Source: Negaprion brevirostris
Taxonomy: Eukaryota
DNA: 64,000 bases
NCBI GenBank assembly: GCA_030324005.1
Contig: JARDVH010000124.1
Coordinates: forward strand, 40,296,330-40,360,329
Direction of reading: 5' to 3'
The position numbers and the translations under genes are program-made. How positions within the stretch are numbered: the first letter of the stretch is position 1; every line of letters starts with the position of its first letter. Below, piece by piece: positions 26,205 through 38,950 of the stretch. The notes beneath the pieces are model-generated. The model did no database searches, was not told the DNA's origin, and saw nothing but the letters and a program-made list of their open reading frames with translations.

Positions 26205-26960
26205 AAATTGTTTGCTGGCTCAGTCAACATTTATTGCCCGCCCATAATTGCCCTTTAGAAGGTGATGAGCTGCTGCCTTGAACCACTGCAGGTCATGTGG
26301 TGTACATTCACTCACTCACTCCCTAACACTGGGTGTGTTCCAGAATTTTGACCCATCGCACGAAGGAGTAATATGGTTCAAAGTCAGGTTGGTGTGTGGC
26401 TTGGAGGGGATTGTTGATGGGGTTCTTGTGCACCTGCTGCTCTGTCCTTCCAAGTGATGGTGGTTGTGTGTTTGGAAGGTACTGTTAAAGGAGCCTTGGT
26501 ATGTTGCTGCAGTGCATCTTGGGGATGATGCATGTTGCTGTCATTGTGCATTTGGTGGTTTGTGGATGGGATTAAGCAAGCTGTTTTGTCCTGGATGATC
26601 GGCTTCTTGTGTTGCACTCCACCAGGCACGTGGTGCGTATTCCATCACACTGCTGATTTTTCAGTTTGGGTGAAGAGATGTGTGTTAGGAGGTAAATCTT
26701 CACTCAGCATTCAGTCTTTGCTCTGCTATTGTAACCACAATGTTTGTATGGCTATTNNNNNNNNNNNNNNNNNNNNNNNNNNNNNNNNNNNNNNNNNNNN
26801 NNNNNNNNNNNNNNNNNNNNNNNNNNNNNNNNNNNNNNNNNNNNNNNNNNNNNNNNTGTATGGCTATTAGTTAAACTTCTGGACAGTGGCTACCCTCAAG
26901 ATGTTTATGGTGCTGAATTCTGATTTGACAATGAGATTGGATTTCTTGTTGGGGGTGGTT
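26205..26960 (-). mobile_element. CR1/L2-type LINE 3' fragment
   Basis: Reverse complement of the family at 3950-4360. Confidence 0.65.
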
Positions 26961-27261
26961 TGTCTGGCTACAAAGTGATACCATATGAAGTTCATTGATT
27001 TTGGAGCTGCCCCAGAGTTCCTAGAATCCTTGCCCTTGTGTTCCCAGATTCTTGGAATTTCCCCTGTCCCAGTGCTTCAAAACTTTGGGACTTTTCTCAA
27101 TGCAGTTTGTCCCTGAGACTCAGTTCCAGTGCTCCAAATGCAGACTGTTTTGGTATTCCAAGTTCATTTGCTCTGAGGAAATCTGATTTCTGATGTGGAA
27201 CTTGTGACTTATGTTATGATCTGGGGCAAAATTGCCAATTGTAATTTTAAAATCCCTACAA

Positions 27262-27465
27262 TGCAATAAGAGGCCATTCAGTTCATTTTGAATCTGCATC
27301 GACTCAGGCTCTTTCCTCCACCCTATCCCTGTAACCCCAAACAATTACCATGGTTGATCCATCTACATGTTTCGGGGCTGAGGAAACCAGAGCAGACACA
27401 GAATCTCAAACTTCACGCAGATACTCAGGTGCTGTGAGGCAGCAGTGCTAATCACTGTCACTGTA
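27262..27465 (-). mobile_element. HE1-type SINE, decayed
   Basis: gctgtgaggcagcagtgctaatcactg (tRNA head on the minus strand). Confidence 0.65.
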
Positions 27466-28369
27466 TTGCTTATGGTAGAGACAAGTGTGCTTGTTTTGTT
27501 GAATCTATAAACCCCAACATTTATTAAAAGAATGAAGCCACAAGGTTCACTGTTTAAATCAAAAGATTTTTACTATTAAAATTAAAGAACATGATATGTA
27601 ATTACACACTTGGCCATTTATGTTAAAGATCTTAAGTACCATGAACTTGTTACTTATTTTCTAACTCCACTTTCCTGTTACCCCACTTGACTTTCATCCT
27701 CAATTCCAATTAGATACTTGGTAAAAATTGTAGGGTTCACCATTTGGTCTGAGTATTACTTTGAAGGTTTGGGATTTCTTGGGCCTCCCACTTTGTTACT
27801 GCAGCAAGGTTACTGTGTATGGTGGTTGACTTCCAGTTTGGGTAGCACTGATAGGTAGTTGACTTCTTAAGTGTAGCCACCTTGTCAGAGCTGTCCTGGT
27901 TCTAATGTTTGTAACTTTTTGGTGTTTTTGTGTTTTGAACACCACCACATACTATTTTAGCTTGGCTATGCCAGAAGTATAGTTTACTATTAAAATCCTT
28001 CAGTTAATAAGCAGTTTAAACTTCTGTACCCAGCAAACAAAATTTTCAAATTAATCAGAGATTCCTTGCTCTGCAGATTGTTCTAAAACTAAAATCCCTG
28101 CTTGAGATCAGAGCCACACCCTCAATCTACTCACCCCTGTAATTCTGATTTTAACGCTTTTCTTCATTGACACTTTACTAGAAATCAACTTGGCATTTGT
28201 TCTCAGTGACCAATCTGACATGCAATCTTGGTTTTATTTTCCCCCCCAAAAGCACATGGGCAACCATGTTTGTCACCCCTACCGATTTAGCTTGTTAATG
28301 TTGTTTTCAGGAACACTGCTCTGAATGCTGCAGGGTGGGGGGAGGATTCTAGGTTGAATTCCAATGCAA

Positions 28370-28660
28370 TGGTGATTGAGTGCTACACTGTTAGAGAACT
28401 AGTCTTTTGGATGAGGCTGCTCGCTCGGTTGGATACAAAAGGTCCTGTGGCTCTGAAGGAAAACCAGGGAAATTATCACTGATATTCTCAGCCAATATGT
28501 ATCCTTCAATAAACATCTCAAACTGATTATCTGGAACTACGTTTTTGGAAGTTTGCATGTGTAGAATTTACTGTTGCATTTTCTCACGAGTGAAGTACTT
28601 TCTTGGCTGTAAAATACTTTGGGAAGTACTGAAATCATAAAAGGCACTACACAATACAAT
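28370..28660 (+). mobile_element. Deu-domain SINE
   Basis: gagtgctacactgttagag...gtcttttggatgag...gccaatatgtatccttcaataaacatc...ttggctgtaaaatactttggga. Confidence 0.65.
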
Positions 28661-29094
28661 TTTTTTACTTCTGTATGTTAGCAGTGGCACAGGAGATCCC
28701 TTCATGTATTTGAATTACATCAAGTTACTTTGCCAACGGCACAAACTGTATTGCACACAATTTGACTCCTGACTGCTGCTCCTATTCCTTTTCTTCCTTG
28801 TGTTCTAATCTAACCTTTTTAATAAATCTGTGCTATTCACTCAACCAAACCTTGTGAAAGTGTGTCCTGCATTCTTACACTCGGGCTAAAGAAGTTACCC
28901 TGGGATTTATTAATGTCAGTCCTTGGATTTGGACTCCCCTTCCAATAAAAAGAACTGTTTTCCCTGTGTTTTATTTGATCAATCTTTCTGTTATCTTAAA
29001 CTGTCAGGTAACTCCCCAGACTTATAGAATCAACACCCTGACAGTGAGTCTTACCCAGGCCCTATTCCTTAACCCCAATGTATTTGCCCTGCTA

Positions 29095-29215
29095 ATGTCA
29101 TGATGTGGATATGCCAGTGTTGGACTGGGGTAAACCCAGTAAAAAGTCTGACAACACCAGGTTTAAGTCCAACTGATTTATTTGATAGTAAACTCACTAG
29201 CTTTCAAGGGGTTTC
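29095..29215. mobile_element. Penelope pLTR-derived repeat, truncated by a gap inside the hammerhead
   Basis: Same subfamily as 33629-33781 (aactcactagctttcaaggggtttc). Confidence 0.8.
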
Positions 29216-29796
29216 NNNNNNNNNNNNNNNNNNNNNNNNNNNNNNNNNNNNNNNNNNNNNNNNNNNNNNNNNNNNNNNNNNNNNNNNNNNNNNNNNNNNN
29301 NNNNNNNNNNNNNNNCTTAAAGTTCTAAAAACGTTACTTTGTAATGATGCAGAAATGACATTGCGACTCAAATATTTCATGTACAGTTGATGAACTGATG
29401 AACTGATGCACAAGGCATTTTTTGTTTTGAATATCTGATACTACACAAGGATTGAGGGGGAGGGGGCAAATAATGGAAAAGTTAATATTTAAATGAAAGC
29501 AAATCAATTTTTTTTGCTAAACTGCTACTGAGATCATAAAGACTTCTAAATTGTTAGGTACAAAAATCCCTATCTATATTTCCTACTTCAAATTTGATAA
29601 CCACTGAAGATATATTTTCAGTACTTAGAAGTATATGACACTTAGCAATTTCTGAGCTCAAAACAGGTGATTAATTTATGAACAAGGACATATTTGCAGA
29701 GCAGACAACATGCAGAATAAATTAGGGTATCTAGACCAATGTGTTAATGTGGGAAAAGAATGGGGAGTGTGTAAAACACACCACCAACTCATTACT

Positions 29797-30395
29797 ATCA
29801 GAATTAGGAGCTAGGAGTAGACAATTCAGCACCTTGAGCCTACTCCACCATTCAAAAATATCACAGCTGATCTCATCGCAGCATCATTTCTACCTTCCTA
29901 CCCACCCCCCATAACCCTTCATCCCACTACTAATTAAAAACCTATCTACTCAAACTTATTTAGTGTTCTGGCATCCTCTGCACTCAGACAATTCCACAAA
30001 TTCATGAACCTTTGAGTGAGATAATTCCATGTTATTTTTGTTTTAAATCTACCACTCCTTCACCCAAAACTATGGTCTCTTGTTCTAGAATGTCCAACAA
30101 GGGGAAATATCCACTCTGTCTACTCTGTCAATCCATTTTAGATTTTTATATACATCAATTAGATCTCCTCTTTCCTAAACTCTACGAGTATAGACCTAAA
30201 CATCTTAACTTCTCTTCATAAGGCAAGTCCTTCATCTCTGGAATCAATCTAGTGACCCTTCTCTGAACCACCTTTAGTGCATTTATATCCTTCCTCAAGT
30301 AAGGGGACGAAAACGGTGCACAGTACTTTAGATGTTATCTCACCAATGTCCTATATAGTTGCAGTAGCACTTACCTACTTTTATACTCTATCCCT
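29797..30395 (-). mobile_element. CR1 LINE 3' fragment
   Basis: gaattaggagctaggagtagacaattcagc tail and ttcctcaagtaaggggacgaaaacggtgcacagtac (CR1 EYCxxFWSPYLRKD region, reversed). Confidence 0.8.
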
Positions 30396-30957
30396 TCTCC
30401 CTGCTTGATATGTGTTTCAGGTGGGATGTTTTTAAGGAAACTGGATGTTAAGTGTTTAGAAGTATAGTTACTGGAAAAACATCAAAAGAACCTGTTAAAC
30501 AATACAGCAATTTATTTACTGTTCAGTCTTATGACAGTTGCTTTTAAAAGTGAAATTTTCTAGAGTTGATGTTTGATTATTTTCAATACACCTTTCTTTG
30601 GCTCAATATTACAGATGGATAGTCATGCTTATAGTTGTGAAAGAGAAAGATGAATAAATAGATTAAACTTGATCTGTATTTCAAAAATGATTATATTTAT
30701 TGACTTAAATTGTACATGAATTATTGATGAAATTCAAGTTAGAAAAATAGAACCATAAGTCTCAAAATTAAATACAACTTGTGCATTAAAATGTGTGCAA
30801 TATTCAAATTTAGAGAGGTTGAGCTGATTAGTAAGTTTCTGTCTTTTTCTTCTTATTTACTGGTTGACAGTGTTTGGCTGTACGCACATTAATATTTAGA
30901 TTACCAAAGCAGAAATGCGGCAAAGCATTTTCCTTTCTCCTTGTTTCAAATTTGCAG

Positions 30958-31039
30958 TCCTGAATGTACAACGGATATCCAAGTGAATATTGAAGAAGTG
31001 CCCCCAAGAAATGTCCTTGATGCTGAAACCTCTGTGTGA
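30958..31039 (+). CDS. Putative alternative terminal exon, coding part (R-PECTTDIQVNIEEVPPRNVLDAETSV*)
   Basis: Strong acceptor ttttcctttctccttgtttcaaatttgcag|T. The longest frame is the phase-2 one compatible with EXOC6 exon 1. Ends in ETSV-stop and is followed by UTR-like sequence. Confidence 0.6.
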
Positions 31040-33000
31040 AACATACTACATCCTTATCAATCAAAAAAGACTTCTCTTTATGAAAGCTACTACTTGAACC
31101 GCAATTGAACCTCTGGATCCTTTGCAGGAAATGGAGACCTGTTGCTGGATCTAATCAGTGTCTCAATCAGATTGAAACTTTTCTGACCAAGGTTGTTTAA
31201 CCCTTGTACTATTCTACATTCATTGCAATGCCAGCTACAGTTTCAATCTTCTCATCTACAGACTCAATAATTTTCAATCTACAATTTTGGCGTAGGGTTA
31301 TGAAGAGTAACAAAGCAATAATCCTGTACCCCAAGTTTTAAGAAAATCTGCTTCCCAGCATTTGATTTGCTTGCTGGTAAATGTCAGAAAATGATGTACT
31401 CATTGAAAACTGGAAAGTAGTACACAATGAACATGGGTACATTGTCTATACAAAAAAGTAAAAATATGTTGCTTATTGATATTCATCATAATCCCATTGA
31501 AATGTGTAACAGTGAATAAGATTTTCAACCAAATCCTCATAAATCTATCTCCTCATTTGTCGATCTCAAAATTTTGATGCTACTGTGTAACATTGAGGTA
31601 GCATGTGGTAACAAGTGTTTTGAAAGGATGTGATGCAAGAGCAAGTATGTAAATTAGTATTATACCTGAGAGGTGCGCATTTCTTGATTACACTGGTCTG
31701 TTGCTGTTATTTTATTTACAGAATGGTGTATCAGTTTTGCAATACTGATTTGAGACTATCTGCATCTGAACTGTTTACATTTAACTTTATTCAACATGAT
31801 ATACTGTAGGCTTTATTCAGCATTGCAGTGTGTTATATGTTTTATTTATTTATATTTACTCAAATTGCCATGCTATATGGAATATAAAAAAAATTTGGCT
31901 AATTTTATAAAGATTGTTGTAGTAATTTTGTCTTTGTACTTTAGATACGTAGAGTAACCACCTTCTATGGGCACTTCTGTAGTTCTAGTATTAGATCAGT
32001 AACTCTAGAGCCATCTCAGGAATCAGGATCTTCCCACTGATCCATATTGCCATTCGTTAACACAGTTTGCGAAGTTGTTTTGTCTTCTAGATGAAACTTA
32101 AAATTTCGTTTGACCAGCCATTTACTTTTAAGTGGGACAAGTTCATTTATCTTTAATCTAAAACACAATGCCAATGCAACATAGAATTGCATTCATCATT
32201 TGCATTCAATCATTGCAAAATAATCACCAAACAGATAGCCAAAACACAAATGGTAATATTGTGAAAGGTTTGATTTGTATCCTAATACTGGTTATATAGT
32301 TACGCATATAGCAAGTTCTGTGGGTACATTCAGCAGTAAATCCATTTTCTGCTATTTTATTAAATGTACAGATTGTAATCACTGTAATTGAATAATGGCG
32401 TTTGCATAATATAACAAGGGATGTGAATTATAGAAACTTATTTTAATCGAGTGTCAGTTGGTGAACTGAAGTTTTCTATTTAATTTTTTAGGTTACTCTA
32501 AAGAATAGTATTGTGTTGATACTGTTGACTGTTAGATGCTAAATACAGTATGAGATTTTAACAGTTTGAGAAACTGGTTTCTGGCAGGGACAGTAGTCCC
32601 ATTTGTTTTTTTTCTTTTAAATCTGCAGTTGATGGTAATTTTATGTCTTCCTATGTTCTGCTTATTTAATCACAGAACAAATAAAATCCCTAGTATTCAT
32701 CAATTTTCATAAAATTGTCTAAGTTGAGATAATTATGGTTAAAGTTTTTATGACTATTTCTAAAGTACAGTAGTGATTTCATTTATTTTTGTAAAGAGAC
32801 CCAAAACAATGTAAAAATGTTACAGTAACCCATTGTCTTAGTTTAAATGATGATATATGTGCATAACCCAGATTTTGTTTTGTTTTCTTTAAGGACAATG
32901 TCCTGTTTTGAGTTGAACATTAGAGGAAAATAACTATTTTTTGTAATGTCATAATCTGTTAATGAAAGCAATAAAGTCTCTTATTGTATTAAAAATGATG
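31040..33000 (+). other. Putative 3'UTR of the intronic terminal exon
   Basis: About 2 kb AT-rich with no recognisable transposon. ATTTA clusters near 31845. AATAAA at 32680-32685 and 32970-32975. Confidence 0.55.
32970..32975 (+). terminator. Candidate polyadenylation signal
   Basis: AATAAA with upstream TGTA/U-rich context (ttttgtaatg) and a downstream GT/T-rich tract (gatgtatgttatttt). Confidence 0.5.
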
Positions 33001-33628
33001 TATGTTATTTATAAACATTTACTCAGAGACAGAATAAGTGAAGGACCTAAAAGCAGTGACCTGCAACACTGTAATGATGACTTTATGAATAACATTGCTC
33101 TTGAATTTTCAATATTTTTATTATACCTATTTCGACATCTCAAACTAAAATTTTAAACACAAGCCTGGATTTTCATTGCCAGGGTTTGAGGGGAAACTAT
33201 ACTGGTACATTAATTCTTCACCTGGTAACTTGATATCAGATAAGCTTAAATAAAGGGCTTCCTGTAAATCCCACTGACTGACTTCCCACTCAGAAGAGGT
33301 GGAAGTGACAGAAAATAGAAGGCAAGGTTGAGTTTAAGGAGCATTCCCTCATCTGAAAGGGAGGATCTGCGGAAATGCAAACCTAATCTTCCTAGCTGGT
33401 ACGGAGGAGTATTCTTGCTACCCAGTGTTTACAAAGGAAAGAAATACACTTTGCTCTTGCATTCTTTTTGTCAGTGGAATTCCTTTCTGTCCAGATTGGC
33501 CAGTTTAAGAACCTGCAGCAACTTCTCTTTTTGGGTCTGAGTTAGAACTGCATTCAAATTCAGGTGGTATCATTTGGAACAAAACGCAAAAATGCAAATG
33601 TGAAGAACTTCACTGGGTTTGGCCACCT

Positions 33629-33781
33629 GTAAAAAGTCTGACAACACCAGGTTTAAGTCCAACTGATTTATTTGATAGTAAACTCACTAGCTTTCAAGGG
33701 GTTTCCCTCTTCTTCAGGTGAATGGAGAGTTCTCTATCAAATAAATCAGTTGGACTTGAACCTGGTTGTCAGACTTTTTAC
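33629..33781. mobile_element. Penelope-derived fold-back element with a hammerhead in the loop
   Basis: About 50-bp inverted arms at 33629-33678 / 33734-33781. Confidence 0.85.
33682..33723 (-). ncRNA. Minimal type I hammerhead ribozyme (Penelope-associated)
   Basis: Minus strand reads ATTCAC-CTGAAGA-A-GAGGG AAAC CCCTT-GAAA-GCT-A-GTGAGT. Core and helices intact. Confidence 0.7.
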
Positions 33782-34649
33782 TGTAATTCTGCTAACTACA
33801 TCTTTGACCATGCTAAATTGTCTGTGTCTAATCTACCTAACCTGTGTGTTTTTGGAGTGTGGGAGGAAACTGGAGCACCTGGAGGGAACTTGTGTGCGTG
33901 TGCACATGGGCCAAAACTGTAAGGATTCTGAGAATATGGAGAATAGAACTGTTCAGTGTTCCATAAGTGTGGCCTACCCAATGTATATCAGTTTACTGTA
34001 ACTTTGCTTTTCAATTCTTTCTAAATGTAAAAACCCCCTCATGACCAGTTGCTAACCTGTGTCACTACTTGTGACTTGGGAATATATATCCCTTTGTTCC
34101 ACTGTCCTGTTTAAACTATTACTGTCCAAGTAGTATGTGGTATTTAATTATATAAGCATAAACATTTACACATTTAATTTGTTACCCCAAATGCAACAGC
34201 AGTTCTCATCAAGATTTTCAGATGCTTGCTGCTCTTTGCTTCACATGTCCAAATGTCTGTGACGTGTTCTTACCTGATCTCCCCACTTAATGCTGCCCTT
34301 TGATTACTCAGTCTTGTGTAGAATTCAGTATGCATGACCATGTTTGAAATTCTCTAGTGGCACTGAAGGGTAGTGTGCTTTTTAAACTGCAGGAAACTGG
34401 CATGTTCACTTTGTATAAAAGCCACTATTTGGACGTTTCCATTCTGGTTTTGAAGGTTCTTGCCCACAAATAAGATTTAATATGTAGCCGAGAGACTCTT
34501 AATTGTCAAAATAAAATTTTTAATTTACTAAAATCTTGCATGCATTCACCTTTTTTGTAACTTCTGTCAACATTTGAGTTGTGGTTTTTTAATGTAAATT
34601 TATAATGGAATTGTCTATTCAAGTGATTATTGAAACTTCCCTATGCAAG

Positions 34650-34729
34650 AACCTGCCTTAACCTGCCTTAACCTGCCTTAACCTGCCTTAACCTGCCTTA
34701 ACCTGCCTTAACCTGCCTTAACCTGCCTT
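34650..34729. repeat. Perfect minisatellite (AACCTGCCTT)8
   Basis: Eight exact 10-bp units visible. Confidence 0.97.
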
Positions 34730-36259
34730 CTTTCCTGTCCATGTACTTCTGTCACTGAAGTTTCTGGCCTCAAACCTTTCCCTGGATGACATTTCCCTTT
34801 CAGCTGTTGGTCTGCTTTTTAAGAGTCTCCTTTAGCCTTTTGGCATGAGAAAGGGGCACAGAGGGAGAAATAATGCACATCAGAATTGAATAGAAATTTC
34901 GAGAGTGGAATGTGTGCATAAGATTTGGTAATATTTTTTCAGTCTCTGCTACACCATTCAGATTTTAAAATGACCTGGATCTGCTGTTTTGACAGTTGGA
35001 GAATATGGCATCTTGTTGTTTCTACAGTCCTGATCTTTTTCTGCAGTCATTTCTGAGGGACTCTTCCACAGACATTAGATTGCCATTTTCCACGTGTTTT
35101 TCTTAGCACTAGTTATAAATTCAATGCCAGTTTTATTGCATCAGCTTTTGTATACTTTAAGTCCACATGTTAGCTCCTCTCTATTCCTCATTATCATCTA
35201 ATTTGTAATCTCAATCCCTGTCTAATTTAAACTATTTGTTCTGTTCATGTACACTTTTGACTGCTGCTTTGGACCAGAGCAGTCACATTTTTCTTTCCTT
35301 TTTTTTCTTGCCATTCTTGTCATTATGCCTATTATCTTTGCCCTGAAATTCCAAATCTTCAGTACTCATCACCCTTCCTGCTGTCATGCTGCCATCCTAG
35401 GGTTGATTCCCTCTTAAATAGTTCCTGCACCTTCCTATGAGCTGCAACTCCAGTGTTTTTGAGCTGCGCTCTCCTAATCAATGCATCTGCCAGGGGCTAA
35501 TCTAACCAATTGCCTCCTTGCCCCTCCATTGTTCCCAGTCCTGATTTGTGTAAACTCTGCCACCATGGACCCCTCCAAATCTCTCTCCACCTGCTAATAA
35601 AGCCCTTGGTATTCATGTAGTTACTGTGAACAATTTATGTTGACCTTGACAAACATCTTTCCCCTTGAAGCTTCACCGCCCACCTTCTCCCACTTGATCT
35701 ACTCAAAAGGGTTTTTGTGGAACCCTTGTCTCTATTCCCTACTACTTTCACAACAACTACTTCTCCTTTTGGATATTTGTTCCATTTGTCACACCTTTAA
35801 ATTTATAATTGTTTTGTCATCCATCTGAATATCATTCCAAATTTTTAACTGCTGCTCTGCTTTCTCTGTTTCTGCACTCAGCAGCTTCTCCACCAGTGAT
35901 TTCAATCATGGAGTTCACTGCCCTTTCTTCCTTCCTATGTCTCTTTTGCATAAACTCTCTATCCAGATCCACAGCCACCTCCTTAATTTCATTGTAGGTG
36001 TAGTGAGGCCACATATCATATTCTCAATGAACTCCTGTCTTTATTATCATGGATAAGGCAATCTGATTTCTTTATAATGGTCTCTACCTATCTTCTCAAG
36101 TCAACTTTTATCTTTTCACTCAAGTTGCTAATTATCCTGTCTTTGTCTTATCAGCTTTTACTTTGCTTAATCTCCACCAGCTTTTGCCCTTGGCCTCAGT
36201 AAAATATTTGCTCTATCCCACTTATCATTCACTATCCTTCATTTCCATTTGCCCACTAG

Positions 36260-38950
36260 GTGATATGGTGGTGCAGTGTTATCACCACTGGATGAGTAAA
36301 CCAGAGACCCAGGGTAATTGCTGTGGGGTTCCGGAGTTGGTGGACTTTAAACTCCATAAAACATCTGGAATTTAAAAGTCTAATCTCTGTGGTTTGAATT
36401 CAGACCCACAGCAATATGATTGACTCTTAAATAACCTCACAGCATGATGCTTTACAGATAATGTCCAAGATGTCACCCCTCACCATTTCTGGATGTGTCC
36501 TGTCTCACCTGGAGGATGGACCCAGAGAGGTGGTGGCATAGTGGTATACATTCAGGAGGGAATTGTCCTGGGAGCGCTCAACATCAACTCTGGACCCTGT
36601 GAGCATGATATAGGTGCAGAATGTACTCTGGGTGGGAAATTTTAATGTTTATCAGGAAGAGTGGCTTGGTAGTACCACCATTGACTGAATTGGCTGGGTC
36701 CTGAAGGACGTAGCTGCTGGACTGGGACAGTGGTAGGTGCTAAGGGTACCAACAAGAGAGGAAAAATATAGTTGACACTATCCTCACCAACCTGCCTGCT
36801 GCTGATGCATCTGTCCGTAAACTATTGGTAGGTGTGACCACCACACGGATCTTGTGGAGACAAAGTCCTGTCTTCAGCTTGAGGATACCCTCCCCTCCAT
36901 CTTGTGTGGCACTACGACCATTCTAAATGGAAAGGACTATTCAGATCTAGCAACTCAAAACTGGGCATCCAAGAGGTGCTGTGGACCATCAGCAGAATTG
37001 TACTCAACTATAATCTGCAACTTCATGGCTCAGTATATTCTGCACTTTACCATTGTACCAAGCCAGGGGATTAACCCCAGTTCAATATGGCGTGCAGGAG
37101 GGCATGCTAGGAGCAACACCAGACATACCTAAAAAATGAGATGTCAACCTGGTGAAGCTACGATACAAGACTACATGTATGAGAACAACTTGGCCACAGC
37201 ATGCATGTAGCACTGGCATCTACCCAACAATGTGGAAAATTGCCCAGGTACATCCATACATGAACTAGGACAAATCCAACCTGAACATTTACCTTGACAT
37301 TCAATGGTGTTACCATCACTGAATCCCCCAATGGGATTACCATTGACCAGAGACTTAACTGGACTCTGCACAAACAGTGGCTACAAGAGCAGATCAGAAG
37401 CTGCGAGTAACTCACCATCTGACTCCCCAAAGCATAGCTACCATCTACAAGTCAGGAGTGTAATGGAATATTCCCTACTTGCCTGGATGGGTGCAGCTCC
37501 GACCACACAAGCTTGACACCATCCAGGACACAGTAGCCCACTTGATTGACACTACATCTAATAAACATCTACTCCCTTCACCACCAATGCTGAGTTGCAG
37601 CAGTGTATACTATCTTCAAGATGCACTGCAGCACGTTCCAAATCCATGATCACTTCTATCTAGGCAACAAATGCATGGGCCCACCACATGCAAATTCCCT
37701 GCCAAGCCACACTATCCTGACTTAGAAATATATTGCCATTCCTTTGCAGTCGCTGGGTCAAAATCATGGTCAACTCACAGAACACGGACTGCAGCATTTC
37801 AAGAAGGCAGTTCATCACCTTCTCAAGGGCAACTGGGATGAGCAGTAAATGCTGGTCAGCCAGCAACACCTATGTCCCACGAATGGGGCAAAAAAAATTA
37901 TCACCTTGTAACTCCCAATCATTAGCAAACTGATGGCAGTAGTCATCAACAGTGCTATCAAGCAGTATTTAGCAATAACATGCTCATGCTCTTAAATGCT
38001 CAACTTGGGTTCTGCCAGGGTGACTCTGCTCATTACAGCCTTGGTTCAAACATGGGCAAAAGAGCTGAATGCTAGAGGTGAAGTGAGACTGACTGTCCTT
38101 GTCATTGAGATACCATCTGAGAGTATGGCATCAAAGAGCACTTGCAAAGTGTGTGTAAAATATTCTGCTGCTTGGAGTCATAGGTGGCAAAAAGGAAAAT
38201 GGTTGCGGTGGTTGTTGGTTAGTCATCTCGGCTCCAGAGCATTACTTCAGGAGTTCCTCGGTATTGTCCTAAGCTCGACCATCACCATCTGCTTCATCAA
38301 CGACCTCCCTTCCATCTATAGGTGAGAAATGGTGACATTCGCTGATAGTGAACATTGCACACTATTGTTCACAACGATCCATAGTGAAGCGGTGTGTGTC
38401 CAAATGCAGCAAGACCTGGATAATATCCAGGCTTGGGCAGACAAGTAGGCAAGTAACATTTGTGCTAGGAAGTGACCATATCCAACAAGATCTATCTGCC
38501 CATTGACATTGAATGGCATTACCATTGCTCAATCCCCCAACATCCTGGAAATTACTTTGACCAGAAACTGAACTAGACTAGACATAAATATTGTAGCAAC
38601 CAGAGCAAGTCAAAGGTTAAGAATCCTGTGTGAGTAATTTTTCTTCTGAAACCACCCCTCTCCTTGTAGGAAATCACCAAAGATTCCTTAGCACCTTCTC
38701 AACCCCTACCATACAGAAGGACAAGAGCAGCAGATAACTGAACATCACCTGGAGGTCCCCCTCCAAGTCACTTGCCATCCTGACTTGGGGGGAAAAAAAT
38801 ATACTGCCATTCCTTCACTAATTTATCTCCCTAACAGCACTGTGGGTATACCAACCCCTTGAGGCAATTCACCATCTTCTGTAGGGCGGTTAGGGATTGG
38901 CAATAAATGTTGGTCTAGCCAGTATCACCCACTTTGCATAAAATGAATTA
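36260..38950 (+). mobile_element. Cluster of a SINE and two nested or tandem CR1/L2-type LINE fragments
   Basis: Decayed endonuclease region near 36550-36900, RT motifs CFINDLPS and FAD near 38290-38350, and two 3' tails near 37890 and 38950. Confidence 0.75.

Noticed and set aside
30395-30455. Acceptor tgtttcag| at 30420 as another exon
   Set aside because: The phase-2 frame closes after 9 codons with no recognisable motif, and the tract derives from a CR1 edge.
34650-34729. CRISPR-like or telomeric array
   Set aside because: Tandem units with no spacers, not TTAGGG, and in a eukaryotic context.
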